From Longimicrobiales bacterium (lineage in GTDB: Bacteria; Gemmatimonadota; Gemmatimonadetes; Longimicrobiales; RSA9): DNA of 64,000 nt. The stretch covers positions 8,387-72,386 of the forward strand of contig DATHVW010000018.1 in NCBI GenBank assembly GCA_035461085.1, written 5' to 3'. Each line of letters starts with the position of its first letter. The stretch's first letter is position 1. Made by a program: the position numbers and the translations under genes. The notes under the pieces were generated by a model. It was not told where the DNA came from. It was given only the letters and a program-made list of their open reading frames with translations, and made no database searches. This document shows positions 55,445 to 64,000 of this stretch, in pieces.

Positions 55445-58400
55445 TTACGTAGTGATGTCGTCGCGCCGCTCGATGCGGATCACAGGCAGCCCCTCCTCCT
55501 GCAGCAGCCGGTTCAGCTCGGCGAGGTCCGTGGCGATGATGGCGTTCAGTGCGTCGAGCTCCGTCGTCAGCTGGCCGGACAGGAGGTTGAACACCTCGTA
55601 TGACTGGTCCGTCGGCCGGTACTCGCCCCGCTCGATGACGCCGAGCAGTGCGGCGAGCTTGTTGTTGAGCATGATCGGATAGTTGAGCGGATCCTGGCTG
55701 CTCTGGTTCCGCACCTGGTAGATCCGGCCCTCGACGTCGCCCATCCTGGACTTGACGCGCGTGCCCAATGCCTCGATGCGCGCGTCCTCGGTCTTCCCGA
55801 GGCGGTCGTCCACCTGCTCCTTGACGTCGCGCACCATGATGACGGCGTTGTTCGCGTCGTTCACCCGCTCGACCACCTGCTTTGCCAGATCGAAGCGTGC
55901 GGCGAGGTCTGCCTCGGTGACCTGACCCTCGAGCCGCGGATCGATGCCGACCCGGAGCGGCGCAGTGCGCGTGGTGCCGTCCGCCGTGAGGCGCACCGTG
56001 TACTCACCAGGCAGTGCCACGGGTCCGCGGTTGCCCGCCGCCCACATGATCATGCCGTCGAACGTCGTGAAGCCGGGGTGGCGCAGGTCCCAGCTGAACC
56101 GGTTCAGTCCCGCGTCGAGTGGCAGGCGTCCGCCACCTCCGCCGAAGCGGCCTCCTCCTCCGCCCTGCCGGCCCTCCTCATTGCGATTGCCGCTCGTCGT
56201 GTCGGCCTCTGCCTCGTACGTGCGGATGACGCTGCCATCCTGACCGACGACTTCCAGCTTGATCTGCTCCGCGTCCTCGGGCAGGTAGTAGTAGATGGTG
56301 GCGCCGTCGTCGACGCCGCGCTCTGCACTGGACGGCTCGAACAGCGTGACGCCGGCGAGCTGGCCGTTCGTGCGGGCCATCTCGCGGAGCGGCGCAACGT
56401 CGTACATGATGTAGAACGAGCGGCCGTGCGTCGCGATCGCGATGTCCTCGCGCGTGGATGCGATGTCGGCGATCTGCACGACGGGCATGTCCTGCTGGAG
56501 CGAGCGCCAGCTCGCGCCGTTGTCGAACGAGACCCAGACGCGCTTCTCCGTGCCGAGATAGAGCAGGCCGGGCTGCACGACATCCTCACGGATGGTCAGC
56601 GCGAAGTCGCCCTCGGGGATGCCGTTCGTGATGCTGGTCCAGGTCCGGCCGTAGTCCTCGGTGCGGAACGCGTAGGGCGTGTAATCGCCGAGCAGCATGC
56701 GATGGCCGGCGACGTACGCGCGTCCGGGCACGTGGGGCGATGCCTCGACCGTGAAGACCTTGGTGAACTCCGGCAGGCCGGGCGGTGTCACGTTCTGCCA
56801 CGATGCGCCGCCGTCGCGGGTGACCTGCACGACGCCATCGTCCGTGCCCGCCCAGATCACGTCGGCCTCGTGCGGTGACGGTGCGAGCGCGAACACCGTC
56901 GGGTACGTCTCGACGCCCGTCTGGTCGAGCGTAATCGGGCCGCCCGACGCCTCCATCGTGGCCGGCTCGGCGCGCGTCAGGTCCGGGCTGATCCGCTCCC
57001 AGCTCTGTCCCTCGTTCGTGCTGCGCCAGACGTGCTGCGACGTAGTGTAGAGCACCTTCGGGCCCGTACGTGAGAACACGATCGGGAACGTCCACTGCAC
57101 CCGCTCCTTTATGTCTTTCGCCGACCATCCCATCGGATTGTCCGGCCAGACGTTCACCGAGCGGCGCTGGCCGGTGCCGTAATCGAAGCGGTCGAGCGCG
57201 CCGCCATAGCAGCCGGCGTAGAAAATGTCGATCTGCTCCGGGTCATTGCTGACGTAGCCGCTCTCGCAGCCGCCGGGTGCGTAGAAGAACTGGCTGCCGG
57301 TCGCCAGGTGGCCCCAGCCGCGCGACGGCACGCACACGGTGCTGTTGTCCTGCTGGCCGCCGCACACGTGGTACGGCTCGTGGGCCGTGAGGCCGATGCG
57401 GTAGATCTGTGCAGTGGGATAGTCCTGCTCCGTCCACGTGCGGCCGCCGTTCACGCTGACGTTGCCGCCGCCATCGTTCGCATTGATCATGCGCTGATTG
57501 TCGTTCGTGGCGATCCACAGGTCGTGATTGTCACCGTGCGGCGGCCGGAGCTGTGTGTCGAACGTCTCGCCGCCATCGTCGGAGCGCCAGAACTGCACGT
57601 TCACGACGTACACGCGGTCGGCGTCCTGCGGGTCCGCGTAGATGCGCGTGTAGTAGAACGCGCGCTGCCGGAGCTTCCGCTCCGTGTTCATCAGCTGCCA
57701 CGTCGCACCGCCGTCATCGGAACGGAACACGCCGCCGCTGTCCGCCTCGATGATCGCATAGACACGGCTCGGGTCGGCGCGCGACACCGAGACGCCGATC
57801 TTGCCGACCGGCTGATTCTGCGGCAGTCCCGGGTTGCGCGTGAGCTCCGTCCACGTGCTGCCGCCATCGGTGCTCTTGAACAGGCCGCTGCCATCGCCGC
57901 CGCTCGACATCGCCCACGGCTTGCGGAACGCGTCCCAGATCGCCACGTAAATGACGTTCGGGTTCGTCTCGTCGATCGAAACGTCCACACCACCCGTCTT
58001 CGCGTCGCGATGCAGCACGCGCGTCCACGTCGCACCGCCATCCGTGCTGCGATAGATGCCGCGCTCCTCGTTCTCCGCGCCGTACTCGCCGAACGCGCCG
58101 GCAAACACGACGTCGCAGTTCGTCGGATGCACGCGCACGCGCGAGAAGTTGCGCGCTTCGCGCAGGCCGATGTGCTGCCAGGTCCTGCCGGCATCGGTCG
58201 TCTTGTACAGGCCGTCGCCCGCCTGGATGTTGCCGCGCAGCTGCGTCTCTCCCGTGCCGATGTACACGACGTCCGGGTTCGCGGCGCACACGCCGATCGA
58301 GCCGACCGACGATGACGTGATCTGGCCATCCGTGACGGGAGCCCACGTCGTCCCGCCGTCCGTGGTCTTCCACAGGCCGCCGCCCGTCGCACCGAAGTAG

Positions 58401-58597
58401 TACTCGAGCGGTCGCGCATCGCTGCCGCCGACCGCGATGGACCGCCCGCCGCGATCGGGACCGATGTTGTCCCAGCTCAGTGCCGCGAACGGATCGGGTG
58501 TCGCGGCCTCCTGCGCCGAAAGCAGCGGGGGCGCAGCGGACAGGAACACGGTGGTGAGCGTCAGCGTACGAGCAGCTGCGCGTGAGATACTACGCAT
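55445..58597 (-). CDS. BNR/Asp-box repeat protein (sortilin/VPS10-like, often annotated glycosyl hydrolase BNR repeat)
   Basis: A signal peptide is present. At least 10 Asp-box repeats are present (TTDGGTTW, TTDAGRTW, STDGGATW, STDGGSTW, SDDGGATW, TRDGGASW, TEDYGRTW and others). ATG 58597 has a GGAGG RBS. Confidence 0.85.
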   Translation of the reverse strand: MRSISRAAARTLTLTTVFLSAAPPLLSAQEAATPDPFAALSWDNIGPDRGGRSIAVGGSDARPLEYYFGATGGGLWKTTDGGTTWAPVTDGQITSSSVGSIGVCAANPDVVYIGTGETQLRGNIQAGDGLYKTTDAGRTWQHIGLREARNFSRVRVHPTNCDVVFAGAFGEYGAENEERGIYRSTDGGATWTRVLHRDAKTGGVDVSIDETNPNVIYVAIWDAFRKPWAMSSGGDGSGLFKSTDGGSTWTELTRNPGLPQNQPVGKIGVSVSRADPSRVYAIIEADSGGVFRSDDGGATWQLMNTERKLRQRAFYYTRIYADPQDADRVYVVNVQFWRSDDGGETFDTQLRPPHGDNHDLWIATNDNQRMINANDGGGNVSVNGGRTWTEQDYPTAQIYRIGLTAHEPYHVCGGQQDNSTVCVPSRGWGHLATGSQFFYAPGGCESGYVSNDPEQIDIFYAGCYGGALDRFDYGTGQRRSVNVWPDNPMGWSAKDIKERVQWTFPIVFSRTGPKVLYTTSQHVWRSTNEGQSWERISPDLTRAEPATMEASGGPITLDQTGVETYPTVFALAPSPHEADVIWAGTDDGVVQVTRDGGASWQNVTPPGLPEFTKVFTVEASPHVPGRAYVAGHRMLLGDYTPYAFRTEDYGRTWTSITNGIPEGDFALTIREDVVQPGLLYLGTEKRVWVSFDNGASWRSLQQDMPVVQIADIASTREDIAIATHGRSFYIMYDVAPLREMARTNGQLAGVTLFEPSSAERGVDDGATIYYYLPEDAEQIKLEVVGQDGSVIRTYEAEADTTSGNRNEEGRQGGGGGRFGGGGGRLPLDAGLNRFSWDLRHPGFTTFDGMIMWAAGNRGPVALPGEYTVRLTADGTTRTAPLRVGIDPRLEGQVTEADLAARFDLAKQVVERVNDANNAVIMVRDVKEQVDDRLGKTEDARIEALGTRVKSRMGDVEGRIYQVRNQSSQDPLNYPIMLNNKLAALLGVIERGEYRPTDQSYEVFNLLSGQLTTELDALNAIIATDLAELNRLLQEEGLPVIRIERRDDITT

Positions 58598-58830
58598 GGC
58601 TTCGCCTCCAGAAACACGTCGGCCGGGAAAGGTTGGAGAGGCCCGCGGCGGGGCGCGGACGAGAGCGATTGTATCCATTCGGCGGCGTTCGCGCGAGTCA
58701 TCATTGTCAAACGGCTGCCGCGCTTGTACTTATCAAGCGACCGCTATGGTCGCCAACCGTCTCCCCGACGACACGCGCTGCCGGCTGATCCGCCGGCAGG
58801 CACTGGCTCACATGCATCCCCGGATGTGCC

Positions 58831-59985
58831 ATGAAGCTGGCGACCTGCGTACTCACAGGGATCGTACTGCTGTTGGGCGGCTGTATGCCGCGCGAGCAGA
58901 CGGTAGCACCGCGACCGGCGGTGGTGCGTTCCGAACGCGATATCCACGCGGCAGCCGCGCGGTCGGATCCGGGCCGGCGTTCGTGGGAGGACGCCAGCCG
59001 GCGCGCACTGCGGTCCGGGCTGCAGATCGCGCCATCGTTCCGCGAGCGCGTGGCGTTCCAGGGAGGCGATGCGCAGGCGGTGGCATACCGCTTCACACTG
59101 GTGCGGGGCCAGTCGCTGGAGGTGCAGCTGGCTCCGGTGACGGGAACGGCCACGGTATTCGCCGACATGTTCCAGTCCGTGGGCGGCGACATGTTCCGGC
59201 CGGTGCACTGGGCGGAGAAGTCGGCGCGAAGGGGCCGGTTCGTCGCGCGCAGCGATGGCGAGTACGTGCTCCGTGTGCAGCCGCCGATCGGTGCGCGCGG
59301 CACGGTCGATGTCTCGGTGCTGAGCGAGGCGTCGCTGGTCTTCCCCGTCGAAGGTGCGGATCATTCCGCGATCGGCAGCGTGATCGGTGACCCGCGCGAC
59401 AATGGCGCGCGCGCGCACGAGGGTGTGGACATCTTCGCGCCGCGCGGCACGGCGGTGGTGGCGGTCGCGGACGGCCGGATCCAGAAGTCGCGCAACACGC
59501 CGACGGGCGGGCTGGTGATCTGGCAGGCCGATGCGACATCCGCGCTCACGTACTATTACGCGCATCTGGACGAGCTGATCGCGCGCGAGGGCTCGTACGT
59601 GCGCGCGGGCGACGTGATCGGCCGCGTCGGCAACACGGGCAACGCGCGCGGTACCCGCCCGCACCTGCACTTTGCCGTTTACCGCCCGGGCACGGTGCCC
59701 GTGGACCCCGTGCCCATGCTCGCCGCGCGGCGCTCGGAGCCGGGTCCCGGCCTGGGCCCCGTGGACGGCCGGAGCCTCGGCACGCTCACGCGCGTGAACA
59801 GCGACGGCGTCCGGCTGCGCCGCTCGCCGTCGCATGCCGGTGCCGTCATCAGCGAGCTGTCCGCCGGCATGCAGCTGCGCGTCATTGGCGCGACGGGCGA
59901 GTGGCAGCGCGTCATGCTGCCGGACGGCACGAGCGGATTCGTCGCGGCCGGCATGGTCGATTCATCGTACGCGGGCACGCGCTGA
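58831..59985 (+). CDS. M23 family metallopeptidase lipoprotein with C-terminal SH3-like domain
   Basis: Lipobox LLLGG-C is present. HEGVDIFAPRGTAV and NTGNARGTRPHLHFAVY zinc motifs are present. The C-terminal VNSDGVRLRRSPS...EWQRVMLPDGTSGFV is SH3b-like. Confidence 0.88.
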   Translation: MKLATCVLTGIVLLLGGCMPREQTVAPRPAVVRSERDIHAAAARSDPGRRSWEDASRRALRSGLQIAPSFRERVAFQGGDAQAVAYRFTLVRGQSLEVQLAPVTGTATVFADMFQSVGGDMFRPVHWAEKSARRGRFVARSDGEYVLRVQPPIGARGTVDVSVLSEASLVFPVEGADHSAIGSVIGDPRDNGARAHEGVDIFAPRGTAVVAVADGRIQKSRNTPTGGLVIWQADATSALTYYYAHLDELIAREGSYVRAGDVIGRVGNTGNARGTRPHLHFAVYRPGTVPVDPVPMLAARRSEPGPGLGPVDGRSLGTLTRVNSDGVRLRRSPSHAGAVISELSAGMQLRVIGATGEWQRVMLPDGTSGFVAAGMVDSSYAGTR

Positions 59986-60229
59986 CGCAGAGGTTGACGG
60001 CGTTCCCGAAGTGCGCAGTACCCGCACATTTGTATCGGCCGCGGATCGTGCCCAGCCGCGGCCATCACTTCCAAGTAATTGCCGCCGCGCAAGTTCGCGA
60101 AAGTCATCGTGTTGGTCCGTCGATTGCTTTTCCGTGCTGCAAGTCCGCGGCGACGAGCCGCAGCTGGACGCGGCCGGCCGCGATGGGGCGTCGGCGAGCG
60201 AATCGAAACAGAACAAGAGGGTAAACGCG

Positions 60230-60763
60230 ATGAAGCGGAATGTGTGGCTGGTAGCGCTCGTGATGGTCGCCGCGACGGCGGCGTGCGGCAAGCGTCAGGC
60301 GCCGGTGCAGCCGGAGCCGCAGACCCCGCCGCCCGTGCAGGCGCCTCCGCCGGCGCGTCCGGCACCGACCCCGACCAACGATGATGCCGCCGCGCGTGAG
60401 GCGGAGCGTCGCCGGATCATCTCGATCCTGGAGCAGGTCGTTCACTTCGATTACGACGAGGCGACGATCCGTTCGGATGCGCAGGCGCTGCTGGCCGCGA
60501 AGGTGCCGGTGCTGCGTGCGAACCCGGGCATCCGGATCCGTCTCGAGGGACACGCGGACGATCGCGGCTCGGTCGAGTACAACCTCGCGCTCGGCATGCG
60601 CCGCGCGAACGCAGTGCGCCAGTACCTGATGGAGTTCGGCATCGACGGCTCGCGCTTCGAGACGTTCAGCTACGGTGAGGATCGTCCGTCCGTGCAGGGC
60701 GGGACGGAGTCCGCATGGTCGCAGAACCGCCGCGCGGAGTTCCGTATCACGACGGGCATCTAA
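60230..60763 (+). CDS. pal: Peptidoglycan-associated lipoprotein
   Basis: Lipobox ATAA-C and a Pro-rich linker are present. The OmpA-like domain carries VHFDYDEATIRSDA...LEGHADDRGSVEYNLALGMRRANAV...NRRAEF. Confidence 0.88.
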   Translation: MKRNVWLVALVMVAATAACGKRQAPVQPEPQTPPPVQAPPPARPAPTPTNDDAAAREAERRRIISILEQVVHFDYDEATIRSDAQALLAAKVPVLRANPGIRIRLEGHADDRGSVEYNLALGMRRANAVRQYLMEFGIDGSRFETFSYGEDRPSVQGGTESAWSQNRRAEFRITTGI

Positions 60764-60965
60764 AAGAACGGGACGGGTTTCAGCGGCGGCGCAGAGAAGG
60801 TGGCGGCCCCCCCTTCTCTCCACCCCCGGTGGTCGGCCACCGCTCCCAGCGCGTTCCTCCGAGGCGCTGGAGGTCGCATGCGCTCCCGCTGAACCCGGCC
60901 TCCTCATGCAACGGCAGAGGCGCACGGATCACTGATCCGGGCGCCTCTCTGCTTGTCACGGCTCC

Positions 60966-61140
60966 TTTTTTCACCACAGAGCACACAGAGCACACGGAGG
61001 GCGGTTTCGGGTAATCCGGAGGGCCGGTCGGGCCGGCTCCTATCTTTTCTTTTTTAAAGAAAAATGAAATCCGGCCACGCACGCGAGCGCAGCGCTACTC
61101 CGCGCCGCCCTCTGTGTGCTCTGTGTGCTCTGTGGTGAAT
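60966..61140. repeat. Palindromic intergenic element, copy 2 (TCACCACAGAGCAC family) with near-perfect 32-bp terminal inverted repeats
   Basis: TTCACCACAGAGCACACAGAGCACACGGAGGG (60969-61000) and the reverse complement of 61108-61139 match at 31/32 positions. The ~107-bp core includes an AT-rich patch TATCTTTTCTTTTTTAAAGAAAAATGAAAT. Confidence 0.85.
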
Positions 61141-61258
61141 ATTCCGTTTGCCGGCTGCACGTGGCAGCGCAGCGCTACGCCGCGCCGGTTGCGGGCGTGC
61201 GCGGGGCCAACCATTTTGTATACACCCAATCCCAGATCCCACATGGTCGGAGGCCGTA

Positions 61259-63844
61259 ATGCCGCTTGCACTGATCACCCGTGCGCGCCGCCGCGGAATC
61301 ATCGTCGCGTTGTGGCTCGCCGTCGCGCCCGCAGCCGTGCTCGGACAGGAGGCGCCGCCCGGACAGGGGGTGCAGCTCACCGCTGAAGGGTGGACGCGCC
61401 CGCCGGAGCCCATTGCACGGGCCGTTCTCGCGCCCCGCCATGAGAACATCACGCTCAGCAACGCGAGCCCGGACCAGCGCTATTTCCTCCGCACGGAAAG
61501 CGACGGCCTGCCGTCCATGGCGTCGTTCGCCCGCGAGCACATGTGGCTGGGCGGCCTCCAGATCGATCCGCGCGCCAACCGCGCGCGCACGTTCACCACG
61601 CGCGGCTCGGCGGGCCTGTCGGTCGTGGAGTGGGAGAGCGGCCGGACCATCGACATCCAGGTGCCGCGCGGGGCGACGGTGAGCGGCCCGAGCTGGTCGC
61701 CGGACGGCGCCCGCATCGCGTTCTTCGCGAACACGGACGACGCGACCCACATCCACGTGGCGGAGCTGCCGCGCGGCACGTCGCGCCAGATCACGCGCAC
61801 ACCGGTGCTCGCCACGATCAACACGCGCATCGAGTGGACGTCCGACGGCAGCGGCATCGTGACCGTGCTGGTGCCGGGCAGCCGCGGCGCGCCGCCGGCC
61901 GCGCCCGCCGTGCCGCAGGGACCGCTGGTTCGGCACACGAGCGAAGGCGAGAACCGGCTGCGCACGTATGCGAGCCTGCTCGAGTGGCCGCACGAGATGG
62001 CGCTCCTCGAGTATTACACCACCGGACAGCTCGCGCTGATCGATGTCGCCTCGCGCGCGGTCAAAACGATCGGTGCGCCGGCCATGATCCGGAGTGTCGA
62101 TGTGGGTCCGCGCGGCGAGTACATGCGCGTCACGACCATGCAGAAGCCGTTCAGCTACATCGTGCCGGTGAACAACTTCGGCACGAAGGAAGAACTCTGG
62201 TCGAGCGATGGCCGCGTGCTGGCCGAGCTGACGGATCGGCCGCTCAACGTCGGGGTTCGTTCCGCCGGTGCGGGCAGCGGCCGCGACGGGGGTGACGACA
62301 ATCAGGCCACGATGCGCAACATCACGTGGCGGCCGGACGGTGCGGGACTGAGCTACCTGGAGCAGGAGCCCGCGCCCGACAGCACCGCCGCCGACAGTGC
62401 AGCGGCGGACACTGCGCGCGCGGGCGCCGGCGATCGCGCATCGAGCCGGCGCAAGGACCGTGTGATGCTCTGGGCGCCGCCCTTCAACGACGCCAGCCGC
62501 TCGATCGTCTACGAGAGCAATGCGCGCATGTCGAACGTGCGCTATTCGGCGGACGGCAGTGTGCTCTTCATCACGGAGGGCTCCGGCGACAACCAGCACC
62601 AGTATGCAGTGTTCCTGAGCGACCCCGCGACGAAGCACACGATCGTGCGCGGCAGAAGCGACGACTTCTACGATGATCCCGGCTCGCTCATGACGACGGC
62701 CGGCGCGCTCGGCTACGAGGTCGTGCGCACGTCGGCGGACAACGGGAGTGTCTACCTCAGCGGCACGCAGTACTTCAGGGATCCGCAGCAGCAGGCGCCG
62801 CGTCCGTTCATTGACCGTGTCGAGATCGCGACCGGCACGAAGACGCGCGTCTACGAAGGCGAGAACGCGACCACATCCGAGCGCGTGGTCGCCGTGCTCG
62901 ATGCCGATGCGCCGCGCCTCATCATCACACGCGAGTCGCCCACCGATGTCCCCGACGCCTTCGTGCGCGAGGCGAACGGGCAGGTGCGGCAGATCACGAA
63001 CAATCGCGACTACAATCCCGAGATCACGAACGCGCAGCGCCGGCGCTATACGGTGGCACGCGCGGACGGACTGACGTTCAAGGTCGATGTGACCCTGCCG
63101 CCGGATTACCGGGCGGGAACGCGACTGCCCGGCATGTTCTGGTTCTACCCGCGCGAGTACACGGATCAGGAGGAATACGACGAGACGCTGCGCACGTACA
63201 ACAGGAACCGGTTCCCATCGGTCGGCGTGCGCTCGATGGAGTTCCTCACCATGGCAGGCTATGCGGTGATCCAGCCGGACGCGCCGATCATCGGCGAGAG
63301 CGGCCGCATGAACGACAACTACGAGCACGACCTGCGCAACAACCTGGCCGCGGTGATCGATCACCTCGACCAGGAAGGCATCATCGATCGCAATCGTCTC
63401 GCCGTCGGCGGTCACAGCTACGGCGCGTTCTCCACGGTCAACGCCATGGTGCACACGCCGTTCTTCAAGGCGGGCATCGCCGGCGACGGCAACTACAATC
63501 GCACGCTCACACCGCTCGGGTTCCAGACGGAGCGGCGCGACCTGTATGCCGGACGCGACACGTACCTGTCCATGTCACCGTACCTGTTCGCGAACAACCT
63601 GACGGGTGCACTGCTGATGTATCACGGCATGGACGATCAGAACGTCGGGACTGCGCCGGATCACTCGCGGCGTCTGTTCCACGTCCTGAACGGCCTCGGC
63701 AAGACCGCAGCGCTGTACATGTATCCGTACGAGGACCACGGTCCGGCCACGGAAGAGACGATCCTCGATCTGTGGGCGCGCTGGATCGCGTGGCTCGATA
63801 CGCACGTGAAGAACGGCGGCAATGCGGGTGTGACGACGAACTGA
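61259..63844 (+). CDS. S9 family (prolyl oligopeptidase/dipeptidyl peptidase-like) serine peptidase with N-terminal beta-propeller
   Basis: A signal peptide is present. TolB-like propeller repeats are present (SWSPDGARIAF, WTSDGSG, WRPDGAG, YSADGS). The catalytic region carries GGHSYGAF, MYHGMDDQNV and YEDHG. Confidence 0.88.
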   Translation: MPLALITRARRRGIIVALWLAVAPAAVLGQEAPPGQGVQLTAEGWTRPPEPIARAVLAPRHENITLSNASPDQRYFLRTESDGLPSMASFAREHMWLGGLQIDPRANRARTFTTRGSAGLSVVEWESGRTIDIQVPRGATVSGPSWSPDGARIAFFANTDDATHIHVAELPRGTSRQITRTPVLATINTRIEWTSDGSGIVTVLVPGSRGAPPAAPAVPQGPLVRHTSEGENRLRTYASLLEWPHEMALLEYYTTGQLALIDVASRAVKTIGAPAMIRSVDVGPRGEYMRVTTMQKPFSYIVPVNNFGTKEELWSSDGRVLAELTDRPLNVGVRSAGAGSGRDGGDDNQATMRNITWRPDGAGLSYLEQEPAPDSTAADSAAADTARAGAGDRASSRRKDRVMLWAPPFNDASRSIVYESNARMSNVRYSADGSVLFITEGSGDNQHQYAVFLSDPATKHTIVRGRSDDFYDDPGSLMTTAGALGYEVVRTSADNGSVYLSGTQYFRDPQQQAPRPFIDRVEIATGTKTRVYEGENATTSERVVAVLDADAPRLIITRESPTDVPDAFVREANGQVRQITNNRDYNPEITNAQRRRYTVARADGLTFKVDVTLPPDYRAGTRLPGMFWFYPREYTDQEEYDETLRTYNRNRFPSVGVRSMEFLTMAGYAVIQPDAPIIGESGRMNDNYEHDLRNNLAAVIDHLDQEGIIDRNRLAVGGHSYGAFSTVNAMVHTPFFKAGIAGDGNYNRTLTPLGFQTERRDLYAGRDTYLSMSPYLFANNLTGALLMYHGMDDQNVGTAPDHSRRLFHVLNGLGKTAALYMYPYEDHGPATEETILDLWARWIAWLDTHVKNGGNAGVTTN

Positions 63845-63866
63845 TCGTCGCTGCGAAGGAAGATCG

Positions 63867-63910
63867 ACGGGGCTGCCGGCTGTTCTGATCGCTGGCAGCC
63901 CCGCTGGTTT
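63867..63910. terminator. Intrinsic terminator hairpin after the S9 peptidase gene
   Basis: CGGGGCTGCCGGC...GCTGGCAGCCCCG stem (63868-63904) followed by CTGGTTTAT. It lies between convergent gene ends. Confidence 0.6.
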
Positions 63911-63947
63911 ATGGGACCGACCGGGGCGTCGCCACGGTGCAGCCGGT

Positions 63948-64000
63948 TCAGCCGCCTTCCTCCAGCAGTCGCATGAACACCTTACGGCGCAGCTCCGGCG
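63948..64000 (-). CDS. 3-prime end of an unidentified gene running off the window
   Basis: The minus-strand frame reads ...ELRRKVFMRLLEEGG-stop with G/C-rich third positions. It is too short to identify. Confidence 0.3.
   Translation of the reverse strand, partial: PELRRKVFMRLLEEGG

Noticed and set aside
58704-58732. TTGTCA-N17-TACTTA upstream of the M23 peptidase gene as a promoter
   Set aside because: The spacing is right, but both hexamers are weak matches and there is no corroborating feature. It is too speculative to list as a feature.
60969-61000. Short tandem units (CACAGAGCA repeated) considered as a CRISPR-like or microsatellite array
   Set aside because: Only 2-3 contiguous ~9-nt units with no spacers. 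They form the arm of an inverted repeat, so this is not a CRISPR array.
61175-63454. 759-aa minus-strand ORF opposite the S9 peptidase gene
   Set aside because: It is antisense to a gene with a propeller and a GGHSYG catalytic motif, and has shadow-ORF composition.

Overview
High-GC (about two-thirds G+C by eye) chromosomal segment from a diderm bacterium. Pal, OmpA-family, Omp85-type and other beta-barrel proteins are present. The gene content resembles Gemmatimonadota-like lineages, but that is inference only. I support about 45 protein-coding genes. I recognised no rRNA, tRNA, CRISPR array, transposase, integrase or phage gene, and no canonical defence island. The many long Arg/Ala/Pro-rich ORFs in the six-frame track are high-GC shadow ORFs opposite or out of frame with recognisable genes.

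Content by theme:
- Selenium: selD.
- Signalling: a FixJ/NarL regulator with two multi-sensor histidine kinases, and a MarR-DoxX unit with clear operators.
- Phosphate and lipid scavenging: alkaline phosphatase, a giant extracellular nuclease, two patatin-like lipases and a GDPD.
- Envelope and peptidoglycan: Pal, an M23 peptidase, amgK/murU-type recycling genes, and a tesA-ybbA-ybbP-like locus.
- Peptidases: M28, S9 and a D-aminoacylase.
- Other: maeB, a CDC48-like double AAA+ ATPase, and ABC transporters.

Observations most worth follow-up:
1. An AmgK-like kinase fused to a RapZ C-terminal domain, in one tight operon with murU and a PlpD-like (type Vd) patatin.
2. A 1126-aa patatin whose catalytic motifs are split by a polytopic membrane insert, and which ends in a GNAT-like motif pair.
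3. Unexplained structured non-coding DNA: a ~365-bp hairpin filling a convergent intergenic region, a TCACCACAGAGCAC-type palindromic element at two loci, and a 590-bp gene-free gap.
4. A His/Met-rich secreted protein plus beta-barrel pair.
5. A five-gene operon joined by GTGA start/stop overlaps.

None of these is proven novel from sequence alone. All starts chosen inside ORF-track ORFs are my own calls from RBS and signal-peptide context.
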